A model generated the notes under the pieces. It did not search any database and had not been told where the DNA came from. It worked only from the letters and a program-made list of their open reading frames with translations. From assembly GCA_964533435.1 (NCBI GenBank), contig CAZHLU010000002.1, positions 1,203 through 47,437 of the forward strand: a stretch of 46,235 bases of DNA. Direction: 5' to 3'. Both the position numbers and the translations under genes were made by a program. How positions within the stretch are numbered: position 1 is the first letter of the stretch; every line of letters starts with the position of its first letter. Shown one piece after another: positions 27,837-35,099 of this stretch. Source of the stretch: an uncultured Gammaproteobacteria bacterium. GTDB lineage: Bacteria; Patescibacteriota; Patescibacteriia; UBA1558; GWA2-36-10.

Positions 27837-30573
27837 GACAATTTTTATATTTTTTACCAGATCCACAGTAGCAGGGATCATTGCGTCCGATTTTGTGACC
27901 AGTTTCATCTTTAGGCTTAGACGGCAATACTTGGTTAGCCTGTTCTCTTTGTTCTACTTGTTTTTGAAAAGGATTAAAGCCAGCTTTTTGTTCGCTAAAC
28001 TGTTTTTGTTTTTCAGCTTGCGGTGCAGCCATGCGTTTAGCAATACCGATTTTATAAATTGAATAAACAATTTGTTGGCGGATATTGGCAAGCAAAGTAT
28101 TAAATAAAGCAAAAGCTTCGCGTTTGTATTCAATCAAAGGATCGCGTTGACCATAACCTTGCAGACCAATGCCAGTACGTAATTTGTCCATAGAAGTTAA
28201 ATGTTCTACCCACAAAGTATCAATACTTCTAAGCATTACTCCCCGCTCTATCATTTGCATTGGCGTAAAGCTACTATTTTCTAAATTAACTTGAGAATTG
28301 ATATCAGCCGTTAAAGCTTCATATTTTTCTAAAGCTAAGCTTTCTAAATATTCAATTACTTCCGTACGCTCGCTATGAGAATTATGATTTTTATTGTTTA
28401 GTAAGAGATCATTAATTTTTTTCTCTTCTTCTTGACTCAAAGGGAAAATGGTGCGAATGGTTTCTAAAATTTCTTTAGGACTAAAATCGCCAACATTTTT
28501 TTGACTTAAAGTATGGAAGGAAATAATATTTTGTAATTCTTGACCAACATATTCCAAAATAATATCTTTGGTGGTTTTGTCACTAACATTATTTTCAGTA
28601 AATAAAGATAAAATATTTTGGCGTTGACGATAAACTACTTGGCGATGTTTATTAATAACGTCATCGTATTCTACTAAATGTTTACGAATATCAAAGTTGT
28701 GTCCTTCGACTTTTTTCTGAGCAGCTTCAATAGAATTAGAAATCAATTGATTTTCAATCGGCATGTCATCAGGCAAGCCTAATCTGTCCATCATGTTTTT
28801 CATACGGTCAGAACCAAAGATGCGCATCAAATCATCTTCCATAGAAATATAAAATTGAGAAGAACCAGCATCACCCTGACGACCAGCACGACCTCTAAGC
28901 TGGTTATCAATACGTCGTGATTCGTGTCTTTCGGTACCTAAGACATGCAAGCCACCCAAGGCTTTTATTTCTTCAGCAGCTTTAGCATTAAATGGTGAAC
29001 CGCCCAAGGTAATATCTACACCACGTCCAGCCATGTTGGTGGCAATAGTAACAGCACCGCGGCGGCCGGCTTGTGCAATAATTTCTGCTTCTTTTTCGTG
29101 GAATTTAGCGTTTAATAATTTATGAGGAACACCGGCTTTTTCTAGATATTGAGATAACAATTCATTTTTTTCAATAGAAATAGTACCAACTAAAACTGGC
29201 TGACCAGCTTTATGTAAAGTTTCTATTTCTTTGACTATGGCTTTGTATTTACCGCGTTCATTTTTGTAAATACGATCTTTGAGGTCGCGACGAACAAAAG
29301 GTCTATTAGTTGGGATTACAGTAACGTCTAATTTATAGATTTTGGCCATTTCTTCAGCTTCAGTGGCAGCTGTACCAGTCATACCAGCTAACTTTTCATA
29401 CATTCTAAAAAAGTTTTGAAAAGTAATAGTAGCCAAAGTCATACTTTCTTTTTGGACAGTGACGTTTTCTTTGGCTTCAATGGCTTGATGTAAACCTTCA
29501 GAATATCGACGCCCGGGCATCATGCGGCCAGTAAATTCATCAATGATTACTACTTCGTTATCACTAACAATATAATCTCTATCTTTTATAAATAAAGTTC
29601 TAGCCCGTAAAGCTTGTTCTAAATGGTGAACAGTATTTAGACCGTGGCTTTCATAAATATTTTCAACACCCAGCATGCTCTCCATTTTTTTGATGCCATC
29701 TTCACTTAAGGTAGCCGCTTTCATTTTTTCATCAATATTGTAGTCAATATTTTCTTGCAAAGAATTTACGAGTTGGGCAAATTGTAAATATTGATTAGTT
29801 GATTCTTCAGCTGGTGCAGAAATAATAAGCGGAGTTCTAGCTTCATCAATCAAAATACTATCAACTTCATCGACAATGGCATAATTTAAACCACGTTGAA
29901 CTTGATTTTTGACATCTTGAGCCATGTTATCGCGCAAATAATCAAAACCAAATTCATTATTAGTACCATAAGTAATATCAGCACTATATGCTTCTTGACG
30001 ATTAACAGGTTTTAAATAATCCATTACTACTTTGACTGCTTGATCACGAGTAGTGTCGGCTTCTTCAGATGTGTGAGTTGGATCATAGATAAAAGAAACT
30101 TCATGTTGGATAGTAGCAACGCTTAAACCTAAGAAATGATAAACTTGACCCATCCAAGTAGCATCACGTTTTGCCAAGTAGTCATTAACTGTAACGACGT
30201 GCACGCCTTTGCCTGATAAAGCATTGAGATAAATTGGCAAAGTAGAAGTTAATGTTTTTCCTTCACCAGTTTTCATTTCGGCAATCTGACCGCGATGTAA
30301 GACAATGCCACCTAAAAGTTGAACGTCAAAATGACGCTGTTTTAAGGTGCGTTTGGCAGCTTCTCTAACTAAAGCAAAAGCTGGCATTAAAATATCGTCT
30401 AAACTTTTACCTTCGCTTACTTCTTTTTTTAGAGAAAGACTTTTAGTCTTTAACTCTTCGTCACTAAGACTAGCAAATGTTTCTTCTAAAGCATTAATAG
30501 CTGCTACTTGTGGCTTTAAACTATCAACATATTTTTGATTAGCATCACCAAAGATTTTCTGTAAAATACCCAT
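27826..30573 (-). CDS. secA: Preprotein translocase ATPase SecA
   Basis: 915 aa with a DEAD-like motor (MKTGEGKTL, DEVDSILIDEARTPLIIS) and a C-terminal zinc finger (CYCGSGKKYKNCHG). Confidence 0.97.
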   Translation of the reverse strand: MGILQKIFGDANQKYVDSLKPQVAAINALEETFASLSDEELKTKSLSLKKEVSEGKSLDDILMPAFALVREAAKRTLKQRHFDVQLLGGIVLHRGQIAEMKTGEGKTLTSTLPIYLNALSGKGVHVVTVNDYLAKRDATWMGQVYHFLGLSVATIQHEVSFIYDPTHTSEEADTTRDQAVKVVMDYLKPVNRQEAYSADITYGTNNEFGFDYLRDNMAQDVKNQVQRGLNYAIVDEVDSILIDEARTPLIISAPAEESTNQYLQFAQLVNSLQENIDYNIDEKMKAATLSEDGIKKMESMLGVENIYESHGLNTVHHLEQALRARTLFIKDRDYIVSDNEVVIIDEFTGRMMPGRRYSEGLHQAIEAKENVTVQKESMTLATITFQNFFRMYEKLAGMTGTAATEAEEMAKIYKLDVTVIPTNRPFVRRDLKDRIYKNERGKYKAIVKEIETLHKAGQPVLVGTISIEKNELLSQYLEKAGVPHKLLNAKFHEKEAEIIAQAGRRGAVTIATNMAGRGVDITLGGSPFNAKAAEEIKALGGLHVLGTERHESRRIDNQLRGRAGRQGDAGSSQFYISMEDDLMRIFGSDRMKNMMDRLGLPDDMPIENQLISNSIEAAQKKVEGHNFDIRKHLVEYDDVINKHRQVVYRQRQNILSLFTENNVSDKTTKDIILEYVGQELQNIISFHTLSQKNVGDFSPKEILETIRTIFPLSQEEEKKINDLLLNNKNHNSHSERTEVIEYLESLALEKYEALTADINSQVNLENSSFTPMQMIERGVMLRSIDTLWVEHLTSMDKLRTGIGLQGYGQRDPLIEYKREAFALFNTLLANIRQQIVYSIYKIGIAKRMAAPQAEKQKQFSEQKAGFNPFQKQVEQREQANQVLPSKPKDETGHKIGRNDPCYCGSGKKYKNCHGK

Positions 30574-30580
30574 AAAATAA

Positions 30581-30940
30581 TTATTCTGATTTATCCCAGA
30601 ATTTTAAAGATTTTAAAAATTTAGGACTTCTTTTTAATTTACTAATTTGTTTATCTTTAACTTTTAATAAAACTCTAGCCAATTTTTCTTGAGCAATATC
30701 AACGGCCGCTCGAGCATCAATATGAGTTTCTTTGACAGTAATAGTTTTGTGTTGTGGTAATTGCAAATGAGCTTCCACTGTAAAGACATCGCCTTTGTTG
30801 TGTTTTTGACTACGGTTTAATTCTACTTTAAAAGAAGTGATATTATCGTTATATTTTTCTAAATTTTTGAATTTGTTTTCTAAATATTCTTTAAAAGGAT
30901 CAGTTAAGTCAAAATTATTTTTGTAAATTTGAATGTCCAT
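30581..30940 (-). CDS. hpf: Ribosome hibernation factor (HPF/RaiA, short form)
   Basis: 119 aa. N-terminal MDIQIYKNNFDLTDPFKEYLENKF and VEAHLQL are typical of the sigma-54 modulation/S30AE family. Confidence 0.8.
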   Translation of the reverse strand: MDIQIYKNNFDLTDPFKEYLENKFKNLEKYNDNITSFKVELNRSQKHNKGDVFTVEAHLQLPQHKTITVKETHIDARAAVDIAQEKLARVLLKVKDKQISKLKRSPKFLKSLKFWDKSE

Positions 30941-30964
30941 AAATTTTTTATTATTTTTAATTTT

Positions 30965-32719
30965 TTATTGTAATATTGCTTTGATTCTTCTAACACCAGC
31001 TGAAGACGCTTCTTCTTTGGTAATTTTAAAAGTGCCAAGCTCTTTGGTATTGTTAACATGGGGTCCACCACAGATTTCTCGACTAAAAAAATTATCATCA
31101 CTGCCAACTGTATAAACTTTTACTTTTTCACCATACTTATGACCAAACAAGCCAATGGCATTTTTTTCTTTTGCTTCTTCAACTGTCATTTCGCTCCAGC
31201 TAACTGCTAAAGCTTTATTAATTTGTTCATTGACCAAATCTTCAACAGCTTTAATTTGCTCGGGTGTCATTTTATCTGGATAAGAAAAGTCAAAACGTAA
31301 ACGTTCAGTATTGATATTACTACCCTTTTGCGCTACTTCTGGTCCTAATATTTTGCGTAAAGCTTGATGTAATAGATGGGTAGCAGTATGGTATCTAGTA
31401 CTCATAACACTATCGTCTGCTAGTCCGCCTTTAAACATACCGGCTGATGCTGTGCGTGAAAGCTCTTGGTGTTTTTTGAATTCCGCTTCAAATTCTTGTT
31501 TATTGATTTGAATATTATTTTCTTGAGCTAGCTCTTCAGTCATTTCCAAAGGAAAGCCGTAAGTAGAAAATAAAATAAAAGCAATTTTGCCATCAACGGT
31601 TTTTTGTTTAGCAAATTCGCGTAAACCTTTTTCTAAAGTAGCAGTGAATTTTTTTTCTTCTTGTTCAATTTCTTTTATTATAAATTCTTTATTTGTGATT
31701 AACTCAGGATAAGTATCACTATATTGTTTAATAATAATGTCAGTTAAAATTTTGCTAAAATTATTTTTTATGCCTAATATTTTAGCAAAACGAATAGCTC
31801 TCCTAATTAAGCGGCGTAATACATAGCCTTGATCTTTATTAGAAGGACTAACTCCCTTAGGATCACCTAAAATAAAGACAGCGCTACGAATATGGTCGGC
31901 AATAATACGAAAAGCTTTTTTGTCATCTTCGTATTTTTTTTCAGATAGTTTTTCTATTTCATTAATAATTGGTAAAAATAAATCAGTTTGGTAGTTATCA
32001 TCTAGGTTATTTAAGACAGCCACAGTTCTTTCTAAACCCATACCAGTATCAATATTTTTTTGAGCTAAAGCTTCAAATTTATCAGGTGCAGTTTTATTGT
32101 ATTCCATAAAAACATTATTCCAGATTTCAACCCAAAGCTTATCTTCTGGATCAAATGATTCTGGGATTTTATTTTTATCTCCTGTCCAATAAAAAATTTC
32201 TGTATCAGGACCACAAGGGCCAGTATTACCTGCTGGACCCCACCAATTATCTTTAATTCCTAATTTAGCAATTCTGTTTTTATTTATTCCTAATTTTAAC
32301 CAATGTTCAAAAGCAACTTTATCTTCTGGAACATTCTGATCGCCTTGCCAAATTGAAACAGCTAGTAATTCTGGTTTAATTTTTAATTCTTTAGTTAAAA
32401 ATTCCCAAGCAAAATCAATGGCTTGATTTTTATCATAGTCACCTAAAGACCAATTACCAAGCATTTCAAAAAAAGTATGATGAGTAGTATCCCCGATTTC
32501 ATCAATATCTCCGGTACGCACACATTTTTGTACACTGACTAATCTTTTGCCTTGAGGATGTTTTTCGCCCATTAGATAAGGCACTAAAGGGTGCATGCCA
32601 GCAGTAGTAAATAAAACAGTCGGATCATTATCTGGTATTAAAGAAGCAGAGCTAATAATGGTGTGATTTTGTTTTTTGAAGTATTCTAAAAATTTATTTC
32701 TTAATTCTTGTGCTTGCAT
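30965..32719 (-). CDS. alaS: Alanyl-tRNA synthetase, compact form lacking the C-Ala domain
   Basis: 584 aa. AlaRS N-terminus (FLEYFKKQNHTIISSASLIPDNDPTVLFTTAGM) and editing-domain zinc motifs HTATHLLHQAL and CGGPHV. The protein ends shortly after the editing domain. Confidence 0.92.
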   Translation of the reverse strand: MQAQELRNKFLEYFKKQNHTIISSASLIPDNDPTVLFTTAGMHPLVPYLMGEKHPQGKRLVSVQKCVRTGDIDEIGDTTHHTFFEMLGNWSLGDYDKNQAIDFAWEFLTKELKIKPELLAVSIWQGDQNVPEDKVAFEHWLKLGINKNRIAKLGIKDNWWGPAGNTGPCGPDTEIFYWTGDKNKIPESFDPEDKLWVEIWNNVFMEYNKTAPDKFEALAQKNIDTGMGLERTVAVLNNLDDNYQTDLFLPIINEIEKLSEKKYEDDKKAFRIIADHIRSAVFILGDPKGVSPSNKDQGYVLRRLIRRAIRFAKILGIKNNFSKILTDIIIKQYSDTYPELITNKEFIIKEIEQEEKKFTATLEKGLREFAKQKTVDGKIAFILFSTYGFPLEMTEELAQENNIQINKQEFEAEFKKHQELSRTASAGMFKGGLADDSVMSTRYHTATHLLHQALRKILGPEVAQKGSNINTERLRFDFSYPDKMTPEQIKAVEDLVNEQINKALAVSWSEMTVEEAKEKNAIGLFGHKYGEKVKVYTVGSDDNFFSREICGGPHVNNTKELGTFKITKEEASSAGVRRIKAILQ

Positions 32720-32730
32720 ATTTTTCCAAT

Positions 32731-32795
32731 AAAAAAACCATTATGATAATGGTTAAATTTGCTTAAATTATAGTAAAAAACGGCCTAAAAGTCAA
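32731..32795 (-). promoter_or_regulatory. alaS promoter plus leader hairpin/U-run
   Basis: On the - strand: TTGACT (32795-32790), 17-nt spacer, TATAAT (32772-32767). The ~40-nt leader then carries the palindrome AACCAUUAUCAUAAUGGUU (32754-32736) followed by a U-run, 15 nt before the ATG. Confidence 0.55.
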
Positions 32796-32798
32796 ATT

Positions 32799-32825
32799 AA
32801 AAAAGAACCCGAATTATTCGGGTTC
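32799..32825 (-). terminator. Terminator of the small membrane protein gene
   Basis: GAACCCGAA (32805-32813) pairs with TTCGGGTTC (32817-32825), followed on the - strand by T6. Confidence 0.8.
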
Positions 32826-32855
32826 TGGGCAAAATTTAAAGGCTTTTCAGGCCAT

Positions 32856-33203
32856 TTAACGAGGTACACCGCTTAAGAAAGCTGTTAACCACATTAGCCA
32901 AGCATAAATAGAATATTTGCTAAACAAGACCTGGCAATGCCCGCGTCTTGCCAAGGCATCAAATGCCCAAAGTAAATGGATGAACATGATCAAGAGCGCT
33001 AGTATGCCACAACAACTGTGAATATTTAGTTTGGCATTAGGATGAGTAAGGCCCATAAGACTGGTGCCAATCAGATCACAAATAAAAGCTAGGATAAATA
33101 TGCGCAACATCCACGGTTTGAGGATTTTTTTAGCTCTTTCTGACCAAATGGCAGTAGTATAAAGAATTAGTGCTAAACAAATAAGCATGATAGCTGCTTT
33201 CAT
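32856..33203 (-). CDS. Small polytopic membrane protein, function unknown
   Basis: 115 aa with 3-4 TM segments. Strong SD (GGGAGG) 6 nt upstream of the ATG. More GC-rich than the genome background. A putative own promoter, TTGATT-17-TAAACT, lies upstream. Confidence 0.65.
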   Translation of the reverse strand: MKAAIMLICLALILYTTAIWSERAKKILKPWMLRIFILAFICDLIGTSLMGLTHPNAKLNIHSCCGILALLIMFIHLLWAFDALARRGHCQVLFSKYSIYAWLMWLTAFLSGVPR

Positions 33204-33282
33204 TTTTTCCTCCCTATTGCAAGTGTGAAGTACAAAGGATAACTAAAGTTTACTCGTGCTTTTTTAAAAAATCAAATTTTAA

Positions 33283-33316
33283 ACAAAAAGAAAACCCTCG
33301 GTGCTAGGCACGAGGG
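33283..33316 (-). terminator. Terminator of the tRNA-like/trailer transcript
   Basis: CCCTCG (33295-33300) pairs with CGAGGG (33311-33316), with an inner 3-bp extension, followed on the - strand by UUUUCUUUUU. Confidence 0.75.
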
Positions 33317-33434
33317 TCCTGGAAAAATTGAGACTGCCTCTAGTAAACCCCGCTGAATAGGTTGTTGGAACTATTTAGGGTTCCGCGCCCTCAGCATGAG
33401 GTGTTACGAAGCAATCTCAAAGCGTTAAAGAACT
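33317..33434 (-). ncRNA. Structured 3' trailer RNA co-transcribed with the tRNA-like element
   Basis: GC-rich and about 118 nt. The long-range helix GAGAUUGC / GCAGUCUC encloses the hairpins CCUCA-UGC-UGAGG and GGAAC-CCUAAAUA-GUUCC. It sits between the encoded CCA end at 33435 and the terminator. Confidence 0.5.
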
Positions 33435-33516
33435 TGGTGGGGACAGTAGGGTTTGAACCTACGACCTCTTCCACTTCCGTGGAAGCGCTCTTTCAAGAAG
33501 TCTGAGCTATGCCCCC
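33435..33516 (-). ncRNA. tRNA-like RNA without an anticodon loop
   Basis: 82 nt: GGGGGCA-UA-GCUC-AGACUUCUUGAAA-GAGC-G-CUUCCAC-GGAA-GUGGAAG-AGGUC-GUAGG-UUCAAAC-CCUAC-UGUCCCC-ACCA. The acceptor stem, D stem, 5-nt variable loop, T arm and encoded CCA are canonical. The anticodon arm is replaced by a perfect 7-bp stem with a GGAA tetraloop, and the 13-nt D loop lacks the GG. Confidence 0.7.
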
Positions 33517-33529
33517 ACTTAGGTTGTGT

Positions 33530-33557
33530 ATATTAACATATTTATAGTATTTGTCAA
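33530..33557 (-). promoter_or_regulatory. Promoter of the tRNA-like transcript
   Basis: On the - strand: TTGACA (33557-33552), 16-nt spacer, TAATAT (33535-33530). The predicted start lies about 7 nt upstream of tRNA-like position 1. Confidence 0.6.
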
Positions 33558-33574
33558 GACTTTAAGGGCGCTAA

Positions 33575-33606
33575 AACAAAAAACCGCCTAAATAAGCGGT
33601 TTTTTC
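33575..33606 (-). terminator. Terminator of the RGG/zinc-ribbon gene
   Basis: ACCGC (33583-33587) pairs with GCGGT (33596-33600), flanked by A/T runs on both sides. Confidence 0.6.
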
Positions 33607-33629
33607 TATATTTCTTTAATAAAATAGCT

Positions 33630-34277
33630 TTATTTCGAAGCTTTTTTAGCTATTTTAGCTTTTTTTATAGCTTTAGGAGCTTTGGTAACTTTGCTTGCCT
33701 TTTTTTCCTTTGCTTCTACTTTTAGTTCTTTTTCAATTTTTACTGGCTTATCAACAATTAGTTTTTTTACTTCGGCTTTAGGAAAATTTTTCAAAATTTC
33801 ATCAAGCTTTTGGTTAATATTTTTAAGTTGTTGTTCTAGTTTTTCATTACTAGGACCACTACCAGATTTTTTATCTTTAGCTCTGCTATCTTGTCCAAAG
33901 CAATTTGAACAAAGCACAGGCTTGTCGCCAGTTGGTCTAAAAGGTACTTCGCAAGGATCGCCACATTCAGTACAAACGGCTTTAAACATTTTTTTATCAC
34001 GAAAATTGCTTTTGCCAAAATCTCGACCACCACTAGATCGATTAGAGCCAAAGCTACTGTCTTTACCTTTAAAGCAGTTATTACAATAAACTGGTTTATC
34101 ACCAGTTGGTCTAAAAGGTACTTCGCAAGGATCGCCACATTCAGCGCAAACAGCTTTGTGCATAGCTGGTCTGGCACCACTGTCGCCCCTACCAAATCCT
34201 CTGCCTGAGTCTCGGCGACCAAATCCACCGCCACCTTTGCGGTCATTAAACCTTCCGCCCTTATTAAAATTACCCAT
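33630..34277 (-). CDS. RGG-box protein with two CxxC-x17-CxxC zinc-ribbon repeats and a lysine-rich tail
   Basis: 215 aa. The N-terminus is G/R/F-rich (GGRFNDRKGGGGFGRRDSGRGFGRGDSG). It carries two copies of KAVC.ECGDPCEVPFRPTGDKPV.C.NCF, and the C-terminus is K/A/E-rich. Likely nucleic-acid binding. Confidence 0.75.
   Translation of the reverse strand: MGNFNKGGRFNDRKGGGGFGRRDSGRGFGRGDSGARPAMHKAVCAECGDPCEVPFRPTGDKPVYCNNCFKGKDSSFGSNRSSGGRDFGKSNFRDKKMFKAVCTECGDPCEVPFRPTGDKPVLCSNCFGQDSRAKDKKSGSGPSNEKLEQQLKNINQKLDEILKNFPKAEVKKLIVDKPVKIEKELKVEAKEKKASKVTKAPKAIKKAKIAKKASK
33928..34144. repeat. Perfect 43-nt intragenic direct repeat (two copies)
   Basis: CCAGTTGGTCTAAAAGGTACTTCGCAAGGATCGCCACATTCAG occurs at 33928-33970 and 34102-34144, 174 nt apart and in frame. 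It encodes the two zinc-ribbon repeats. Confidence 0.95.
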
Positions 34278-34360
34278 AATTTCTTAGTTTTTAATTATAT
34301 ACTTTTAAAGTTTAACTATTTAGCAGATAAAAAGCAATAGTGCTTTTAGCTAAATGCTAG

Positions 34361-34400
34361 CTTTAAAACAAAATCCCACCGCAATCAGATTGGGTGGGAT
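34361..34400 (-). terminator. Terminator of the cold-shock gene
   Basis: ATCCCACC (34373-34380) pairs with GGTGGGAT (34393-34400), followed on the - strand by UUUGUUUU. Confidence 0.75.
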
Positions 34401-34421
34401 CTTGATTTTTAGATCAAAATG

Positions 34422-34619
34422 TTAAACACGTTGAACATTAACCGCATTCATTCCTTTTGGAGAATTTTCTACTTCAAAAGAAACGCTGTCACCTTGGTGT
34501 AATTCATTGAACTGAACACCTACTAAGGAATTGCTATGAAAGAAAATATCCTTTTCCTGTCCTTCAACGCTAATAAAACCAAAACCTCTATCGGTCAAAT
34601 TTTTAATTGTACCAGTCAT
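34422..34619 (-). CDS. Cold-shock protein (CspA family)
   Basis: 65 aa with RNP1-like RGFGFI and RNP2-like IFFHS motifs. A putative promoter, TTGCTT-17-TAGTAT, lies about 90 nt upstream. Confidence 0.93.
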   Translation of the reverse strand: MTGTIKNLTDRGFGFISVEGQEKDIFFHSNSLVGVQFNELHQGDSVSFEVENSPKGMNAVNVQRV

Positions 34620-34750
34620 TATTTTAGACTTAATTTGTAAAATTGCAATTTAATCAGATTTTAAAAAATCGACCAATTTTTTAAAGACAATACACTTGCG
34701 AGAGTATACTAGCACATATGCCCTAAAAAAGCAAGTCCTATGTCTATTTT

Positions 34751-35093
34751 TAATAAAAAAAAGAACCCCCTCCCGCATAGATGTGAATGTAGCAGATGGG
34801 AGGGGGCAAAGGGTACCGCAGTGCACTTATGGCAAGGCCATTTCTGGTAAAGCTGAGCTTGAGTTTGACCCGTCGGGTCACCCTTCCGGCTTTTGGAGCC
34901 GTCACCGTTTGGCGTTCTAGAATGCCGAGTGGTAGTGGGGGTGCGCAAGAGTTAGTCTTGCCCAAGCAAAGCCCTTAACGAAAGGTGACGCCTTTACGTT
35001 AGAAAGGCTCCGTCCGTATTCCAGAATGATCTGGCGCTTGCTCAAAAGATGCTAGCAGTATTCCCTCTAAAAAGAGTTGAAGAACCACGAAAG
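34751..35093 (-). ncRNA. Unclassified GC-rich structured RNA (~340 nt)
   Basis: Has its own promoter (35100-35127) and a terminator: CCCCCUCCC (34806-34798) pairs with GGGAGGGGG (34774-34766), followed by a U-run. Many local and long-range helices are visible, including CCAGA-UCAU-UCUGG, GCAAGA-CUAAC-UCUUGC, UGACCC-GAC-GGGUCA, AUGGC-CUU-GCCAU, and GGAGCC..CGUCACC pairing with GGUGACG-GCUCC. Stop-free in several frames, but with no SD or plausible protein. Confidence 0.65.
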
Positions 35094-35099
35094 ATTAAT

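Noticed and set aside
30904-31115. Short ORFs spanning the hpf start / alaS end junction
   Set aside because: They overlap two confidently assigned genes and have no independent signals.
33373-33386. + strand UAGGGUUCCG, the opening motif of guanidine-I (ykkC) riboswitches
   Set aside because: No downstream GGUCCGAGAG or ACACGG..GGGA elements are present. On the + strand it would run antisense into the tRNA-like gene with no regulated CDS. I treat it as coincidental.
33682-34246. 135-aa + strand and 136-aa - strand ORFs overlapping the RGG/zinc-ribbon gene
   Set aside because: These are alternative frames of a repetitive, stop-poor gene. The chosen frame has recognisable RGG and CxxC motifs and a proper start and terminator.
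34925-34975. + strand resemblance to the 3' half of 5S rRNA (GCCGAGUGGUAGUGGGGG...GCAAGAGUUAG versus GCCGAUGGUAGUGUGGGG...GCGAGAGUAGG)
   Set aside because: The helix IV complement (CCCC strand) is missing. The loop C consensus (CCGAAC..GAAGUNAAGC) is absent, and the candidate would be too long. The promoter and terminator indicate the transcript is on the - strand.
34696-34978. Four mutually overlapping 60-79-aa ORFs on both strands
   Set aside because: They look like the stop-poor composition artefact of a GC-rich structured RNA. They have no SD, give low-complexity or odd peptides, and are mutually exclusive.
35010-35040. - strand AGCGCCAGA..UCUGG, resembling the glmS ribozyme 5' end, and UCUGGAAUACGGACGG, resembling the tmRNA 5' region
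   Set aside because: The core glmS motifs (GACGAGGAUGGAG, CGGCGGAUGCCUCCCGG) are absent. A tmRNA acceptor 5' GGGG and 3' T-arm/CCA are also absent, and no glmS gene lies downstream.
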